Of a stretch of DNA of 64,000 nucleotides, positions 31,352 to 41,210 are shown piece by piece. The position numbers and the translations under genes are program-made. The stretch is from positions 1-64,000 of the IMG/VR virus record IMGVR_UViG_3300036766_002289. One strand, given 5' to 3'. The notes below the pieces were generated by a model that was not told where the DNA came from, ran no database searches, and saw only the letters and a program-made list of their open reading frames with translations. Every line of letters begins with the position of its first letter. The first letter of the stretch is position 1.

Positions 31352-32293
31352 ATGACAGTAGAATTTTTTCCAGGCCCTGATTCGGATTTTTGGACAGTGC
31401 CAGCGGGTGTTTTTTCTGTTTTTGTAGAAGCAGTTGGCGGCGGTGGTGGTGGTTCTAGTGGTCATGACGGTGATTCATTACAATTTGGCGGTGACGGTGG
31501 TGGTGGCGCTGGCTATGGTGCAGCTGTTTTAGCTGTTATACCTGGAGGTGTTTATAGTCGATATTCATCAGGGGGTGGAGATAGTAGTGATTTCGGCCCA
31601 GCCATAGTTCGTGGAGGCGGCGGCGGGGGAGGTCCATTCCCTTGGTCAGGTGGGACGGATAATATAGGCACCATTACAGTCAACGGTGGAGATGGTGCCC
31701 CATCTCCTATGATTGTTTTTGGCAATGGTGGCGTGGGCGGCGCATCCGCTGTTGGTGGCAGTGCTGGTACAGCTGGAATTGGTGCTGTTCCAGGTCCAGC
31801 TGGCAATGGTGGTGATGGGGGTTTTGCAGGTGGAGGTGGTGGGGGTGGAGGTGGTGCCCTTGTTGGTGCTGGCAGTGGAGGCGCAGGCGCGGTTGGCTAT
31901 ATTCGACTTACTTATACCATCATTTATTTAGGTTCCCCAAGTCCTTCAATAGACAATCCTGGCTCACCTATAGTGCCAGGCAATACAATAACTATTCCTG
32001 GTACTCCTGACACTGAGAGTTGTCTTGACACGATTACAAGTGTTACTTTTAATGGAATACCAGCATCTTTTTCTATAGTGGACGGTAATCTTATAATCAT
32101 TGTACCGCCTGGAGTTTCTGGGAATGGTATATTAGAAGTGACTTCAGACTGTGGAGTTATGGATTTCGCTTATATCGCTGAAAATGCAGTTGGTTGTTGT
32201 AAAACAGTAGTTTATTGCTGTAAAGTTTGTGCCCCAACAAGTTCCTGCCCCCTTGGAATATTACTTATGGAACTTCTTTTAAAAAGTGACTAA
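31352..32293 (+). CDS. glycine-rich protein with C-terminal IPT/TIG-like domain (putative virion fibre/decoration)
   Basis: WTVPAGV..VGGGGGG, Gly repeats, SVTFNGIPASF..IIVPPG; paralog of the next gene. Confidence 0.7.
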   Translation: MTVEFFPGPDSDFWTVPAGVFSVFVEAVGGGGGGSSGHDGDSLQFGGDGGGGAGYGAAVLAVIPGGVYSRYSSGGGDSSDFGPAIVRGGGGGGGPFPWSGGTDNIGTITVNGGDGAPSPMIVFGNGGVGGASAVGGSAGTAGIGAVPGPAGNGGDGGFAGGGGGGGGGALVGAGSGGAGAVGYIRLTYTIIYLGSPSPSIDNPGSPIVPGNTITIPGTPDTESCLDTITSVTFNGIPASFSIVDGNLIIIVPPGVSGNGILEVTSDCGVMDFAYIAENAVGCCKTVVYCCKVCAPTSSCPLGILLMELLLKSD

Positions 32294-32300
32294 ATAATGC

Positions 32301-33248
32301 ATGACTGTATTGTTATTTCCTGGTCCAACTTCGACTACTTGGACAGTGCCCCCTGGTGTTATTTCTGTTTTTGCTGAATGTTATGGTGAGGGTGGTCTCG
32401 CTTCTAATGGAGCAACAGGAGAAGGCCCAAATGTTGCGGGCGGCGACGGTGGCGGTGGTGGTGGCTATGGGGCTTCAACTTTAGTCGTGATTCCAGGTGA
32501 AGTTTATAATGTTACAGCAGGCAGTGGCGGTAGCGCAACTGATTCTAATTTTAGTGGCCCTGGTGGAACCGTTGATGGTAGCGGTGGTTTATTTCAAGCT
32601 CCACCTAATCATGGTACTGGCAGTGGTGATGTTACTGATGATGGGGGTGATGGCATAGCAGGTGCTTTTCCAGCTGGTTTTAGTGCTGGTGGAGATGGTG
32701 GCGCAGGTGGTGGTCCATCAGGTGGCAGTGGTGGTACTGGTGGTGCAGGTCATGATGATGCCGCTGGCGATGCGGGTAGTCCTGGTGGTGCTTATGGAGG
32801 GGGCGGCGGCGCAGGTGGGGGTGGCTTTCTAGGTGGAGGTGCAGGGGCAAATGGTGCAATCGGTGTTGTAATACTAACTTTTAGTTCGATTTATTTACTG
32901 AATCCAGACCCACCAATAGATACTGCACCTGGAATTACTCCTGGTGATATTATCACTATTCCAAGTGTCCCAGATACTGAAGATTGTCTTAATACAATTG
33001 TAAGTGTCACTTTTAATGGAGTGCCAGCATCTTTTTCTATAGTAGGCGGTAATCTTGTAATTACTGTCCCATCTGGCATTACTAGTGGCACATTGGAAGT
33101 TATTTCTTCAGAATGCGGGTCTATGACTTTTTCTTATATTGTTAATAGTGGTAATGTAGTGGCAATTTGTTGCAATGTATGTGCTGTAACTAGCAGATGC
33201 CCACCCTGGATGGTTAGATACGGTAGCTCTATAAGAACAAGAGGTTGA
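32301..33248 (+). CDS. glycine-rich protein with IPT/TIG-like domain, paralog
   Basis: same architecture as 31352..32293; TAAATA upstream. Confidence 0.7.
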   Translation: MTVLLFPGPTSTTWTVPPGVISVFAECYGEGGLASNGATGEGPNVAGGDGGGGGGYGASTLVVIPGEVYNVTAGSGGSATDSNFSGPGGTVDGSGGLFQAPPNHGTGSGDVTDDGGDGIAGAFPAGFSAGGDGGAGGGPSGGSGGTGGAGHDDAAGDAGSPGGAYGGGGGAGGGGFLGGGAGANGAIGVVILTFSSIYLLNPDPPIDTAPGITPGDIITIPSVPDTEDCLNTIVSVTFNGVPASFSIVGGNLVITVPSGITSGTLEVISSECGSMTFSYIVNSGNVVAICCNVCAVTSRCPPWMVRYGSSIRTRG

Positions 33249-33292
33249 CATTTAGACATTTCGTGCTATAGTGCCCTATAGGGGAGGATACA

Positions 33293-33940
33293 ATGGCAAA
33301 TAGCAAATTTCATCATGAAGAAATCTATCGTGGTAAGGATTTAGCCGCAAGACTAGGTGTTCCAATCACCGTCTGTGGTGCAGGTGCCATCGGTAGCAAT
33401 CTAGTAGATAATCTTACCCGTCAAGGATTTAGCAAAATTACCGTTATTGACATGGATCGTGTTGAAGTTCATAATCTTAATACTCAGATTTATGCTGAAG
33501 CCGATGTTGGTGCGCTCAAGGCAGACGCACTTAAAAACCGCGTGTTTAGAAACATTGGCGTGGAAATTGAAGCAGTCAACAAGGAAATGTCAGCTGCCAA
33601 TGTAAAGCAGCTTCTCAAGAAGGCTAGTATCCTTGTTGACTGCTTCGATAATAACAAAGCACGGCAATTAGTACAGAATCATGCAAGAGAGAAGGGTAAT
33701 CCTTGCCTACATATTGGTCTTTATGAAGATTATGCCGAGGTTATGTGGGATAAGAAATATCGTGTTCCCAAGGACCAAACACAAGGCGATGTATGTGATT
33801 ATCCGCTTGCTCGTAATATTGCCATGTTAGCGGTCATTGTAGCAACTGAAGAACTCTTAAGCTTTCAGTTGGAGGAGCCACCAAGGTTCCAAGATTGGTC
33901 AATTACTCTAAAAGATTTAGCAATTAAAAAATTCTCTTGA
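33293..33940 (+). CDS. ThiF/MoeB/E1-like adenylyltransferase
   Basis: VCGAGAIGS, IDMDRVEVHNLNTQ, DVGALKA, VDCFDN; DVCDYP candidate catalytic Cys; own TTGACA..TATAGT promoter at 33245-33272. Confidence 0.9.
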   Translation: MANSKFHHEEIYRGKDLAARLGVPITVCGAGAIGSNLVDNLTRQGFSKITVIDMDRVEVHNLNTQIYAEADVGALKADALKNRVFRNIGVEIEAVNKEMSAANVKQLLKKASILVDCFDNNKARQLVQNHAREKGNPCLHIGLYEDYAEVMWDKKYRVPKDQTQGDVCDYPLARNIAMLAVIVATEELLSFQLEEPPRFQDWSITLKDLAIKKFS

Positions 33941-34080
33941 TTGGCAAGAAATTTGTGATAAGATTATAAAAATGTTACTGTAATAACAGACCAAGATAGA
34001 GACGCATTTGGATTTACGTTAAACACCTTGGTAAGTTGAATTATTTTTATTAGTGTTGGACACTAGAAAGGTTTACTAAA

Positions 34081-34173
34081 ATGTCTAAGGAAAAGTCTCC
34101 TAAGAAGGAAACAAAGAAGCCATCAAAGAAGGCGGCTACTAAGAAGGCAGCAGTTAAGACTCCAGCCAAGTAA
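34081..34173 (+). CDS. 30-aa Lys/Ala-rich basic peptide (histone H1-like)
   Basis: MSKEKSPKKETKKPSKKAATKKAAVKTPAK; SD aaagg; terminator at 34182-34215. Confidence 0.55.
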   Translation: MSKEKSPKKETKKPSKKAATKKAAVKTPAK

Positions 34174-34229
34174 ATGGAACCAATCCCCGCCAAAATTTGG
34201 CGGGGATTATTTTTTAAAAGGAACTCAAT

Positions 34230-34913
34230 ATGAAAAAGTTTTTATTATCAATGATTGCAGTTTTAATCGCGCCCATTACATTGTTTGCAGGTGAAATTAC
34301 CGTCACAGGCACTAGTGTCGTATCCATGCCAGCTACGACAGGCTATATCACAGTAGCCGTAGTCACAGAGGCAAAAACTCCAGCAGATGCACTAGCCCTA
34401 AATAAGGATGCAACGACTAACATTTTTGCACTTTTGAAGAAATTGAATATTAAAAAAGAGGAAATGCAAACTCAAGGTTTTCAATTATCCCCTAAGTTCG
34501 TTTATATTCAAAACCAAGAAGCAACCCTTACGGGGTATACAGTTAAATATACTTTGCAGATAACTGTATGCGATATAGCTAATACAGGCAAGGTATTGGA
34601 TAGCATTGTTAAGGAAGGTGCCAATCGAGTTGAAGGGGTAAGATTTGGTGTTACAGATGATAAAATGCAAGAAGCTTTGACTAAAGCACGAACGGAAGCT
34701 GCTAAGAATGCCAGAGAAAAAGCTTTGTTATTCGCATCAGCTTTGAATCCTAATGCAAAATTGAAACTAAAGACACTTTCTGAGCATAGTGCAGATACAG
34801 GTAATAGAGTATATTCTAATATGGCAGACCGTAGCCCAGGTGGAAGCACCAATATTGAAGGTGGTGAAATTTCAGTAAAAGTTCAAGTTCAAACAGTTTG
34901 GGACTGTGATTAA
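34230..34913 (+). CDS. SIMPL (DUF541) domain periplasmic protein
   Basis: signal peptide; ITVTG, GYTV, GANRVEGVRF, A..NAREKA, GEISV..QV. Confidence 0.85.
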   Translation: MKKFLLSMIAVLIAPITLFAGEITVTGTSVVSMPATTGYITVAVVTEAKTPADALALNKDATTNIFALLKKLNIKKEEMQTQGFQLSPKFVYIQNQEATLTGYTVKYTLQITVCDIANTGKVLDSIVKEGANRVEGVRFGVTDDKMQEALTKARTEAAKNAREKALLFASALNPNAKLKLKTLSEHSADTGNRVYSNMADRSPGGSTNIEGGEISVKVQVQTVWDCD

Positions 34914-34975
34914 TTGAAAAAAAAGACACGGTTAATAACCGTGTCTTTTTATTTGTACTTATCTAAATAAGGTAA

Positions 34976-35842
34976 ATGAAATTTCATACTTGGGTTGAAG
35001 CAAAAGGCTGGTTTGAAAGATTGCCACAAAAGCCATTGGACTATAATAAGTCACAAATTGACCTATTCGTAGAAGCAATGGCAGATAAGAATAAGAATTC
35101 AGCCGCTCTTTATCGCACTTTAAGCCGACAATCCTACAAAGACACTAGATATGATAAGCCAATTGCCAATAATTTGCTTCTCTACAATGACGTGAGACTA
35201 AAAAATGCTCTTGGTGCGGTCCATAATAATGTAGGAGAATCAGAGTTTAAGTTTATCACAGATGGGTCAATAAGAATAATTCATACACCAGTTATTTATG
35301 ATGATTTAGACAAACACCTGCTTTTTAGCGTTATAATACACGAATTGTCCCATGCAGATCATTGGCTGAGAGACAAGAGATTCAAACCAACAAAGTTCAA
35401 TTCTTTCAATTCTGAAAAATATGTTAAACATTGGACAGAAGCCAGGGCATATTCTCAACAGTTAGTGACTTTACTGCACAGAATTCCAAATAGGCAGTCC
35501 ATTTTGGATGCTTTTGGTCGGTCCCCAACAATGGATACCTTTACACATGGCGGAAAAGAAATGGTCTACGCCAAACCTGCTGTGTTTTCTTGGTCGCCAC
35601 TTTTACTAGATACTGCAAAAGAATTCCTTGCCCATTACCAAGGCAGAAATGAAGGCGTTTTGTCCAATATCGCCGCCCCATTAGTCACTGGCGCATCCCT
35701 TTTGATGCCACAAAGCCAAATGCCACAAAAGCCAGTAAACGTTATGCAGCAACAAGTTATGTCTCAAGCCCATGAAGCAGCCGATTTGGTAAAGCAAATT
35801 GTTGATAAAATGCTTTTCAGAAATTTCTTGATTAGGATTTGA
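34976..35842 (+). CDS. HExxH metalloprotease-like protein (MKFHTWVE N-terminus)
   Basis: IIHELSHAD..EARAY; TAAATA upstream. Confidence 0.6.
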   Translation: MKFHTWVEAKGWFERLPQKPLDYNKSQIDLFVEAMADKNKNSAALYRTLSRQSYKDTRYDKPIANNLLLYNDVRLKNALGAVHNNVGESEFKFITDGSIRIIHTPVIYDDLDKHLLFSVIIHELSHADHWLRDKRFKPTKFNSFNSEKYVKHWTEARAYSQQLVTLLHRIPNRQSILDAFGRSPTMDTFTHGGKEMVYAKPAVFSWSPLLLDTAKEFLAHYQGRNEGVLSNIAAPLVTGASLLMPQSQMPQKPVNVMQQQVMSQAHEAADLVKQIVDKMLFRNFLIRI

Positions 35843-36098
35843 TGCTCTGATATACTAAGGACTCCTTTCCTTCGGTGGCTTATTTTAATCTCCGCGAAAT
35901 AAGTTGCCTCATGACCGCCTTGGGTTATTCCAGGGCGGTCAGCTTTTATAGCTTAGTTGTACCAGGAGAGTCAGAAAGATTTTGGTAATCAACTTGACAA
36001 AGAAGAAATCGGTGGTATATTAGGGTAACGCAGTTGAGAAAAAGAATTTTTGAAAATTATCTTGCAAAAAAAAGTTTCGGCTGCGTATATTAATATGA

Positions 36099-36398
36099 AT
36101 GGAAAGAAGAAAGCGTGATGCTCTATGGCATCGTAAGCAACACGAATCGGTAAAGATCGAGATATTTAAAACGTTAGGGTCGAAGTGTAATATCTGTGGG
36201 TTTGATGATATTCGTGCTTTATGTATCGACCACATAAATGGCGGTGGTCTTTTAGAGAGGGCTAAACCAAAAGGCCAATATTACGTTGTGATCTGTAAGA
36301 AGTTAAGAGATAGTTGTGAAGATTACCAATTACTTTGTGCAAATTGTAACTTAATTAAAAAGGTAGAGAGAAAAGAAGGACGTAAAAGGGTATACTGA
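36099..36398 (+). CDS. HNH-like endonuclease
   Basis: CNICG..LCIDHINGGG..YQLLCANCN. Confidence 0.75.
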   Translation: MERRKRDALWHRKQHESVKIEIFKTLGSKCNICGFDDIRALCIDHINGGGLLERAKPKGQYYVVICKKLRDSCEDYQLLCANCNLIKKVERKEGRKRVY

Positions 36399-36399
36399 T

Positions 36400-36471
36400 A
36401 CCAGGATGGAGAAGAAGAATCTCGCTTGGCTCATAACCAAGAGAACGGTGGTGCAAATCCATCTCCTGGAA
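36400..36471 (+). tRNA. tRNA-Met(CAT), unpaired 1:72 (initiator-like)
   Basis: CTTGG-CTCATAA-CCAAG; T loop TGCAAAT. Confidence 0.8.
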
Positions 36472-36514
36472 CTTTTAGAAGAATGCTCTCGTTGAGCATA
36501 GTTAGGATTTAAAA

Positions 36515-36823
36515 ATGAACACTAATATCGTGAAACGCTGGTTTGGAATTAATGCTGTTAATCAACAGCCATGTGCCGCTGCGTTTACGGGTAAAACCCC
36601 CGTAGAACAGGGACATGATAATACAAAGCATCCTTGAGCGATGACGGCTCAGGGATATAACCTGAGCCATACGGAAAGAACTAAAACCTTGGCTTGGGTT
36701 AAACACCTGAACCAAGGTTTTTTGTTTGCCGAAGGAAAAACCGACTGATAGACGTAACTCCCGTAATGTTCTATGACTTTACGGATCGGTGTTTTGAAAG
36801 TTGGACGCGGGGTCTTTGAAAAT
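36515..36823 (+). promoter_or_regulatory. putative leader/attenuator plus boxA-like element ahead of the tRNA array
   Basis: 40-codon ORF 36515-36637, hairpins, terminator 36683-36723, GGTCTTTGAAAAT at 36811-36823. Confidence 0.45.
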
Positions 36824-36876
36824 TTAATGAGAGTTCATGCCTGGCATTAAGTTGTTTAGGGTGAATTCTCTTGCAC

Positions 36877-36947
36877 GGGCGATTAGTTCACTGGTAGAAT
36901 ACCAGCCTGACGTGCTGAAGAAAAGGGTTCGATTCCCTTATTGCCCA
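36877..36947 (+). tRNA. tRNA-Val(GAC)
   Basis: cloverleaf; loop CTGACGT. Confidence 0.8.
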
Positions 36948-36953
36948 CTATAT

Positions 36954-37028
36954 CAGGGATTAGCGCAGTTTGGCTAGCGCGCCTGCCTTGGACGCAGGAG
37001 GCCAAAGGTTCAAATCCTTTATCCCTGA
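36954..37028 (+). tRNA. tRNA-Pro(TGG)
   Basis: CCTGC-CTTGGAC-GCAGG. Confidence 0.9.
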
Positions 37029-37034
37029 CTTTAT

Positions 37035-37105
37035 TGAGGGTTCGTCTAATGGTAGGACGAGAGGCTTTGAACCTCTCTGTGGGCGTTCGACTCGCTCACC
37101 CTCAG
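37035..37105 (+). tRNA. tRNA-Gln(TTG)
   Basis: AGAGG-CTTTGAA-CCTCT. Confidence 0.9.
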
Positions 37106-37260
37106 CTATGGAAGAAAAACAATATTTATCTAATAGAGATAAAGTGCTTTCCCCAAGATTGGGAAAAGGATGGTGTATTTGCGATAGGGTTTACATAGGA
37201 AACTATGAAAAATGTCCTATATGCAAACGAAGAAACGGTAGAAGAAGATTAAAGAGGTAA

Positions 37261-37334
37261 CGGGCAATGGGCTAACGGTAAGCCGCCTACGTCGGAAGTA
37301 GGACAACATTTCGGTTCGAATCCGAATTGCCCGA
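37261..37334 (+). tRNA. tRNA-Pro(CGG)
   Basis: CCTAC-GTCGGAA-GTAGG. Confidence 0.85.
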
Positions 37335-37456
37335 CTATAAAAGCCTGGATAAATCGAGGGCAAGGTGAACTGTCATGAGACATTACTCCTAAATGGTCCA
37401 GGTGATTCCAAAAGAATCCCCATACCCCGATAGCTTAGTTGTACCAAGAACGTTTT

Positions 37457-37530
37457 CTGGCTGTGGGCTAATGGTAAGCCTCCTGCGTTGGAAGCAGGAC
37501 ATCATCTCAGTTCGACTCTGAGTAGCCAGA
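37457..37530 (+). tRNA. tRNA-Pro(TGG)
   Basis: CCTGC-GTTGGAA-GCAGG. Confidence 0.85.
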
Positions 37531-37539
37531 CTGATTTAT

Positions 37540-37614
37540 TGCGGTGGTTTCAGTGCTGGTACTGATCTCTGCCTTTGAAGCAGATGTACGCTGGTTCAAT
37601 TCCAGCCGCCGCAG
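37540..37614 (+). tRNA. tRNA-Gln(TTG)
   Basis: TCTGC-CTTTGAA-GCAGA; atypical D arm. Confidence 0.75.
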
Positions 37615-37616
37615 CT

Positions 37617-37690
37617 AGTAAGTGTCGTAGTGTATCGGACAGCACACTCCCGTCCTGGGAGTAGAACCGTTCAATTCGGTAGCACTTACT
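37617..37690 (+). tRNA. atypical/pseudo tRNA (Gly TCC-like)
   Basis: AGTAAGTG/CACTTACT acceptor, ACTCC-CGTCCTG-GGAGT with no U33, TTCAATT T loop. Confidence 0.5.
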
Positions 37691-37697
37691 TCCTATC

Positions 37698-37766
37698 GGG
37701 GGCAGTCTATGGGTAGCCGTTGGCCTTTGCAAGGCTGACTATGGGGATCGTAACCCCATGCCTCCA
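37698..37766 (+). tRNA. tRNA-Ala(TGC), copy 1
   Basis: G3:U70; loop TTTGCAA; T loop ATCGTAA; identical to 62038-62106. Confidence 0.8.
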
Positions 37767-37772
37767 CTGTAT

Positions 37773-37843
37773 CGGCCATTGTTGAAATGGTATCATGCTT
37801 CTTTTACACGGAAGAATCGGGGGTCCGATTCCCTCATGGCCGA
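37773..37843 (+). tRNA. tRNA-Val(TAC)
   Basis: CTTCT-TTTACAC-GGAAG. Confidence 0.8.
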
Positions 37844-37850
37844 CTGTTAG

Positions 37851-37923
37851 CGACCTATGTTGTAGTGGCTCTGCAAGACTGTCTGATAAGCAGTAAGTCC
37901 AGGTTCGATTCCTGGTGGGTCGA
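37851..37923 (+). tRNA. tRNA-Ile(GAT)
   Basis: ACTGT-CTGATAA-GCAGT. Confidence 0.8.
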
Positions 37924-37934
37924 TTGTTATTTAT

Positions 37935-38006
37935 GCGGGTATGACCGATTGGTTAGGTGCTAATCTTCCAAATTAGTTGAAGTGAGTTCGATTCTCACTA
38001 CCCGTA
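37935..38006 (+). tRNA. tRNA-Gly(TCC)
   Basis: CTAAT-CTTCCAA-ATTAG. Confidence 0.85.
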
Positions 38007-38063
38007 CTGTAAATTTTCTTTTAATCTTATGGAAAGATTAAAAGAAAATGACTATATCATGGT

Positions 38064-38504
38064 ATGAAAACAAAAACATGTAATAATTGTCATTCAGAAA
38101 AACCATTATCAGAGTTTAATAGTAAAAAAAATAGTAAAGATGGACTTCAGCCGTGGTGTAGGGAATGTAATAAACAAAGATCACGACAGTATTATGCAGA
38201 TAACAGAGAATCCCATAAAAAAACTATTTTAAAAAGAAAGCATGAAAATTACAGGAAGATAAGAGATAGGATTTTAGAATTTAAAAAGAGTAATCCTTGT
38301 CTTGTTTGTGGGGAAAAAGAGCCGATTTGTTTAGATTTTCATCATGTGGAAAAGAAAAAAGTAAGAATTGCTGCGATTGCTTCAACGAATTGCAGTTTAG
38401 ATACGGTGGAAAAAGAAATTAAAAAGTGTGTAATTCTTTGCTCTAATTGTCATCGTAAATTACATGCTGGAATAATTGCCCTCGAAGCATTAATGGTGAT
38501 GTAG
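38064..38504 (+). CDS. HNH endonuclease (tRNA-associated family)
   Basis: CxxC, CLDFHH, EIKKCVILCSNCHRKLH; 3' end overlaps tRNA-Lys. Confidence 0.85.
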   Translation: MKTKTCNNCHSEKPLSEFNSKKNSKDGLQPWCRECNKQRSRQYYADNRESHKKTILKRKHENYRKIRDRILEFKKSNPCLVCGEKEPICLDFHHVEKKKVRIAAIASTNCSLDTVEKEIKKCVILCSNCHRKLHAGIIALEALMVM

Positions 38505-38549
38505 CGGTCTTTTAAACCGCACAACAGAGTTCGATTCTCTGCGGGGGTA
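38478..38549 (+). tRNA. tRNA-Lys(TTT)
   Basis: GCGGT-CTTTTAA-ACCGC. Confidence 0.8.
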
Positions 38550-38558
38550 CTGAATTTT

Positions 38559-38630
38559 GGGCGTGTCGTCTAACGGGAAGACGGTTGGTTTGCACCCAGC
38601 AAATGAGGGTTCAATTCCCTTCACGGTCCA
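38559..38630 (+). tRNA. tRNA-Ala(TGC)
   Basis: GTTGG-TTTGCAC-CCAGC. Confidence 0.75.
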
Positions 38631-38639
38631 CTGTTTTAT

Positions 38640-38713
38640 GGCTCCGAAACCTTTAGTTGGATGAGGTCCAGTCTTTTAAACTGGTTAAGAGGGTTCGATT
38701 CCCTACGGAGCTA
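38640..38713 (+). tRNA. tRNA-Lys(TTT)
   Basis: CCAGT-CTTTTAA-ACTGG. Confidence 0.75.
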
Positions 38714-38718
38714 CTTTT

Positions 38719-38790
38719 GCCGTTCTAACATAGTGGACTATGTGCTTGTGTGAAGAACAAGAAATTTGGGTTCAATTCCCAGGAACGGCA
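38719..38790 (+). tRNA. tRNA-Phe(GAA)
   Basis: CTTGT-GTGAAGA-ACAAG. Confidence 0.8.
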
Positions 38791-38993
38791 CTTCACTACT
38801 ATATTATAATTGGTTATACTTTTAAGGATTAAACATGATAAGTGCAAACGATTTGAATGAATTACGAAGGCTAGTAACGAATTCCTATGACGGTGATAAG
38901 GGCATTATTAGCAGAGTATTAAGAGGTATCACTGACTTAACAAACGAGAACGCTCGTTTAAAGGCAGAGATTCAAAAGCTTAAGGCTAAGTAA

Positions 38994-39066
38994 GCAGCTT
39001 TGGTGAAGTTGGTACTCACGTTTGTCTGAAGAACAAAAGAACTCGGTTCGATTCTGAGAGGCTGCA
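38994..39066 (+). tRNA. tRNA-Phe(GAA)
   Basis: TTTGT-CTGAAGA-ACAAA. Confidence 0.85.
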
Positions 39067-39182
39067 CTAAGGAGAGCCTTACTCCAATTGAGAAAGAAAT
39101 TTCTAGGGACGGTCAATCCCGATGATGAAAAAGTATTTCAACGAGGTGACTCAAGGCTGAGAGGGTGACACCTCTTATTTAT

Positions 39183-39254
39183 TCCCTTGTCTTTCAATGT
39201 GTAGGAAGACTGGCTGTTAACCAGTTAATCTAGGTTCGAGTCCTAGCGAGGGAG
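39183..39254 (+). tRNA. tRNA-Asn(GTT)
   Basis: ACTGG-CTGTTAA-CCAGT. Confidence 0.8.
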
Positions 39255-39261
39255 TTAGAAT

Positions 39262-39332
39262 TGTGGAGTCGTACAACGGTAGTACGCGAAGCTGTTAACT
39301 TCGTTATGGGGGTTCGATTCCCTCCTCCACAG
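39262..39332 (+). tRNA. tRNA-Asn(GTT)
   Basis: CGAAG-CTGTTAA-CTTCG. Confidence 0.85.
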
Positions 39333-39339
39333 CTTTTAT

Positions 39340-39411
39340 GGTGTACGTCGTCTAATGGTAGGACGCCAGACTGTGAATCTGATAATGGCGGTTCGATTCC
39401 GCTCGCACACC
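39340..39411 (+). tRNA. tRNA-His(GTG)
   Basis: G-1/C73; CCAGA-CTGTGAA-TCTGA. Confidence 0.85.
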
Positions 39412-39420
39412 CTTACATTA

Positions 39421-39493
39421 GCCTCGTTAGACTTCTGGGAAGTCACCACGCTTTCAACGTGGAACAAGATGGGATCGAAACCCATACGAGGTA
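39421..39493 (+). tRNA. tRNA-Glu(TTC)
   Basis: CCACG-CTTTCAA-CGTGG; T loop ATCGAAA. Confidence 0.8.
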
Positions 39494-39496
39494 CTT

Positions 39497-39964
39497 ATGA
39501 AAGTATGTTCTAGATGTGGTTTGGGAAAAAATATATTGTGTTTTTCCAAAAATGCTGGTAAAGTCGATGGACTTAACGTCTGGTGTAAAGAATGTTGTAA
39601 AGTTTACCGAGATGATTATTATATCCTACATAAAGATTATGAAATAGAGAGAAAAAATCTTCGCAAAGCAAGTAATAAAAAATGGTTCGAAGACTACCGA
39701 TCTAAACTTTGTTGTGAGATTTGTGAGGAAAGCCATCCTGCTACACTTGATTTTCATCACAAAAACGTAATAGAAAAAGATTTTAATGTGAGCATACTTG
39801 TCAGTGAAGGTTATGGAATTAAGAGGATTCTTGAAGAGATTGCTAAATGTAGGGTGTTATGTTCTAACTGTCATAGAAAACTTCATTGGGAAGAAAGGAG
39901 AGAGTATAATGACACATATGACTCCAGAGCAAGCGGCGGAATTTTGGAAACAAATGGACGCTGA
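39497..39964 (+). CDS. HNH endonuclease (tRNA-associated family)
   Basis: TLDFHH..EIAKCRVLCSNCHRKLH. Confidence 0.85.
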   Translation: MKVCSRCGLGKNILCFSKNAGKVDGLNVWCKECCKVYRDDYYILHKDYEIERKNLRKASNKKWFEDYRSKLCCEICEESHPATLDFHHKNVIEKDFNVSILVSEGYGIKRILEEIAKCRVLCSNCHRKLHWEERREYNDTYDSRASGGILETNGR

Positions 39965-40720
39965 AATTTGAAAAAGAGAACGTTTTTCTTAATTCTCGCG
40001 GCTGGATTCAATGTCTGGGAACATTTGTAGATCATAACGGGAAAGAATATGTGTCAGAAGCATGGGCACATCCTATTACGCTTAAAAAGTATAGTACAGG
40101 TGCTTTTGTTGTCGCAACAGAAGATTATCTTCGTGAAAAAGGTTGGAAAAGTATTCTCGAAGTTGAGCGTGCTGGGGAAAAGAAGTGGAACAAGATTTAT
40201 AAGATGGGAAGGTGTCAAAGCCCTGTAACAAAAAGGATTTATTGCTATCTTGAAGCAGAATGGTATGCAATTGAACGTAATTTCGATGAAAGTGATTATC
40301 CTTTTGGAATGTCCCAACATACTATTGAACTAAACAAACTTATCAAGGATTTTAAAAAGGATGAATATTTCATCTGGTTTCATCGGAGTTCAGAAGGACA
40401 GCATGTAGGAGTATACGGAGAAACTTATATTACTGAATTTTGGACTCAAGATGAAATCAAAACGTATAAAATAGACGAGGCAGCAAAAATTTCAAAGGTA
40501 ATGATTGAAGCATTAGTATCTCCTGATAGGGCCAGATGCGCTTTGAATTGGTCTCAAGATGATGTTGAAAAGGCAATAGAACGTGCTAGTATCGTATAGT
40601 CGGTGTCAACATGAATAGAAGTGAATTGTGATGCTTTGACTGATACATACAAATCTAAAAATTTGGGCAATGGAAGGGCTAAAAGAAGAGAGAGATATCG
40701 CACAGGTAAAAGTTATTAAT

Positions 40721-40793
40721 GCCGCTTAAGCAAAATGGTATGCGCCTGTTTTGTAAGCAGGAAAATAAGTGAGTTCGATTCTCACAGGCGGCT
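40721..40793 (+). tRNA. tRNA-Thr(TGT)
   Basis: CCTGT-TTTGTAA-GCAGG. Confidence 0.8.
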
Positions 40794-40818
40794 CTGTTCT
40801 TTAGCTTAGTTGTACCAA

Positions 40819-40856
40819 TGGGAACGTTATGACACAGTGGGAACGTTATGACACAG
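40819..40856 (+). repeat. 19-bp tandem duplication
   Basis: TGGGAACGTTATGACACAG x2, spanning the start of ORF 40848. Confidence 0.9.
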
Positions 40857-41133
40857 AACGAAATGTTAGACCGAATTGTGGAGATTTATGAAAATAATCC
40901 TTCTCCACTCCCTGAAGAACTACTCCCTGAATGGCGAAAGCTTAATGATGATTTGAGGGAACTAGATGAAGAAAAATGTTATGGTCTTGGGTTCTATCAT
41001 AAAGGGTATACGATAAATTTACATGGCAGTAAGATATTTTTAAATAAAATGTCGAAAGAACAGTATTGTGATATGTTGGATATGTTTCGTGGCAAGATAA
41101 CGGTTAAGGAGTTTAATAAGAAGTGGTAAGAAT

Positions 41134-41205
41134 GCCTCCGTGATCGTAATGGTAACGAATCAGACTCTTAATCTGAGAATCCGAGTTCAACTCTCGGCGG
41201 GGGTA
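41134..41205 (+). tRNA. tRNA-Lys(CTT)
   Basis: TCAGA-CTCTTAA-TCTGA. Confidence 0.85.
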
Positions 41206-41210
41206 CTAGT

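Noticed and set aside
36941-37107. ORFs 36941..37198 and the 5' part of 36970..37260; likewise 39261..39500, 41766..42038, 42163..42411 and the 5' parts of 45199, 50816 and 62060
   Set aside because: They overlap clear tRNA genes; real starts are downstream (for example 37108, 45235, 50876, 62111) or the ORFs are spurious
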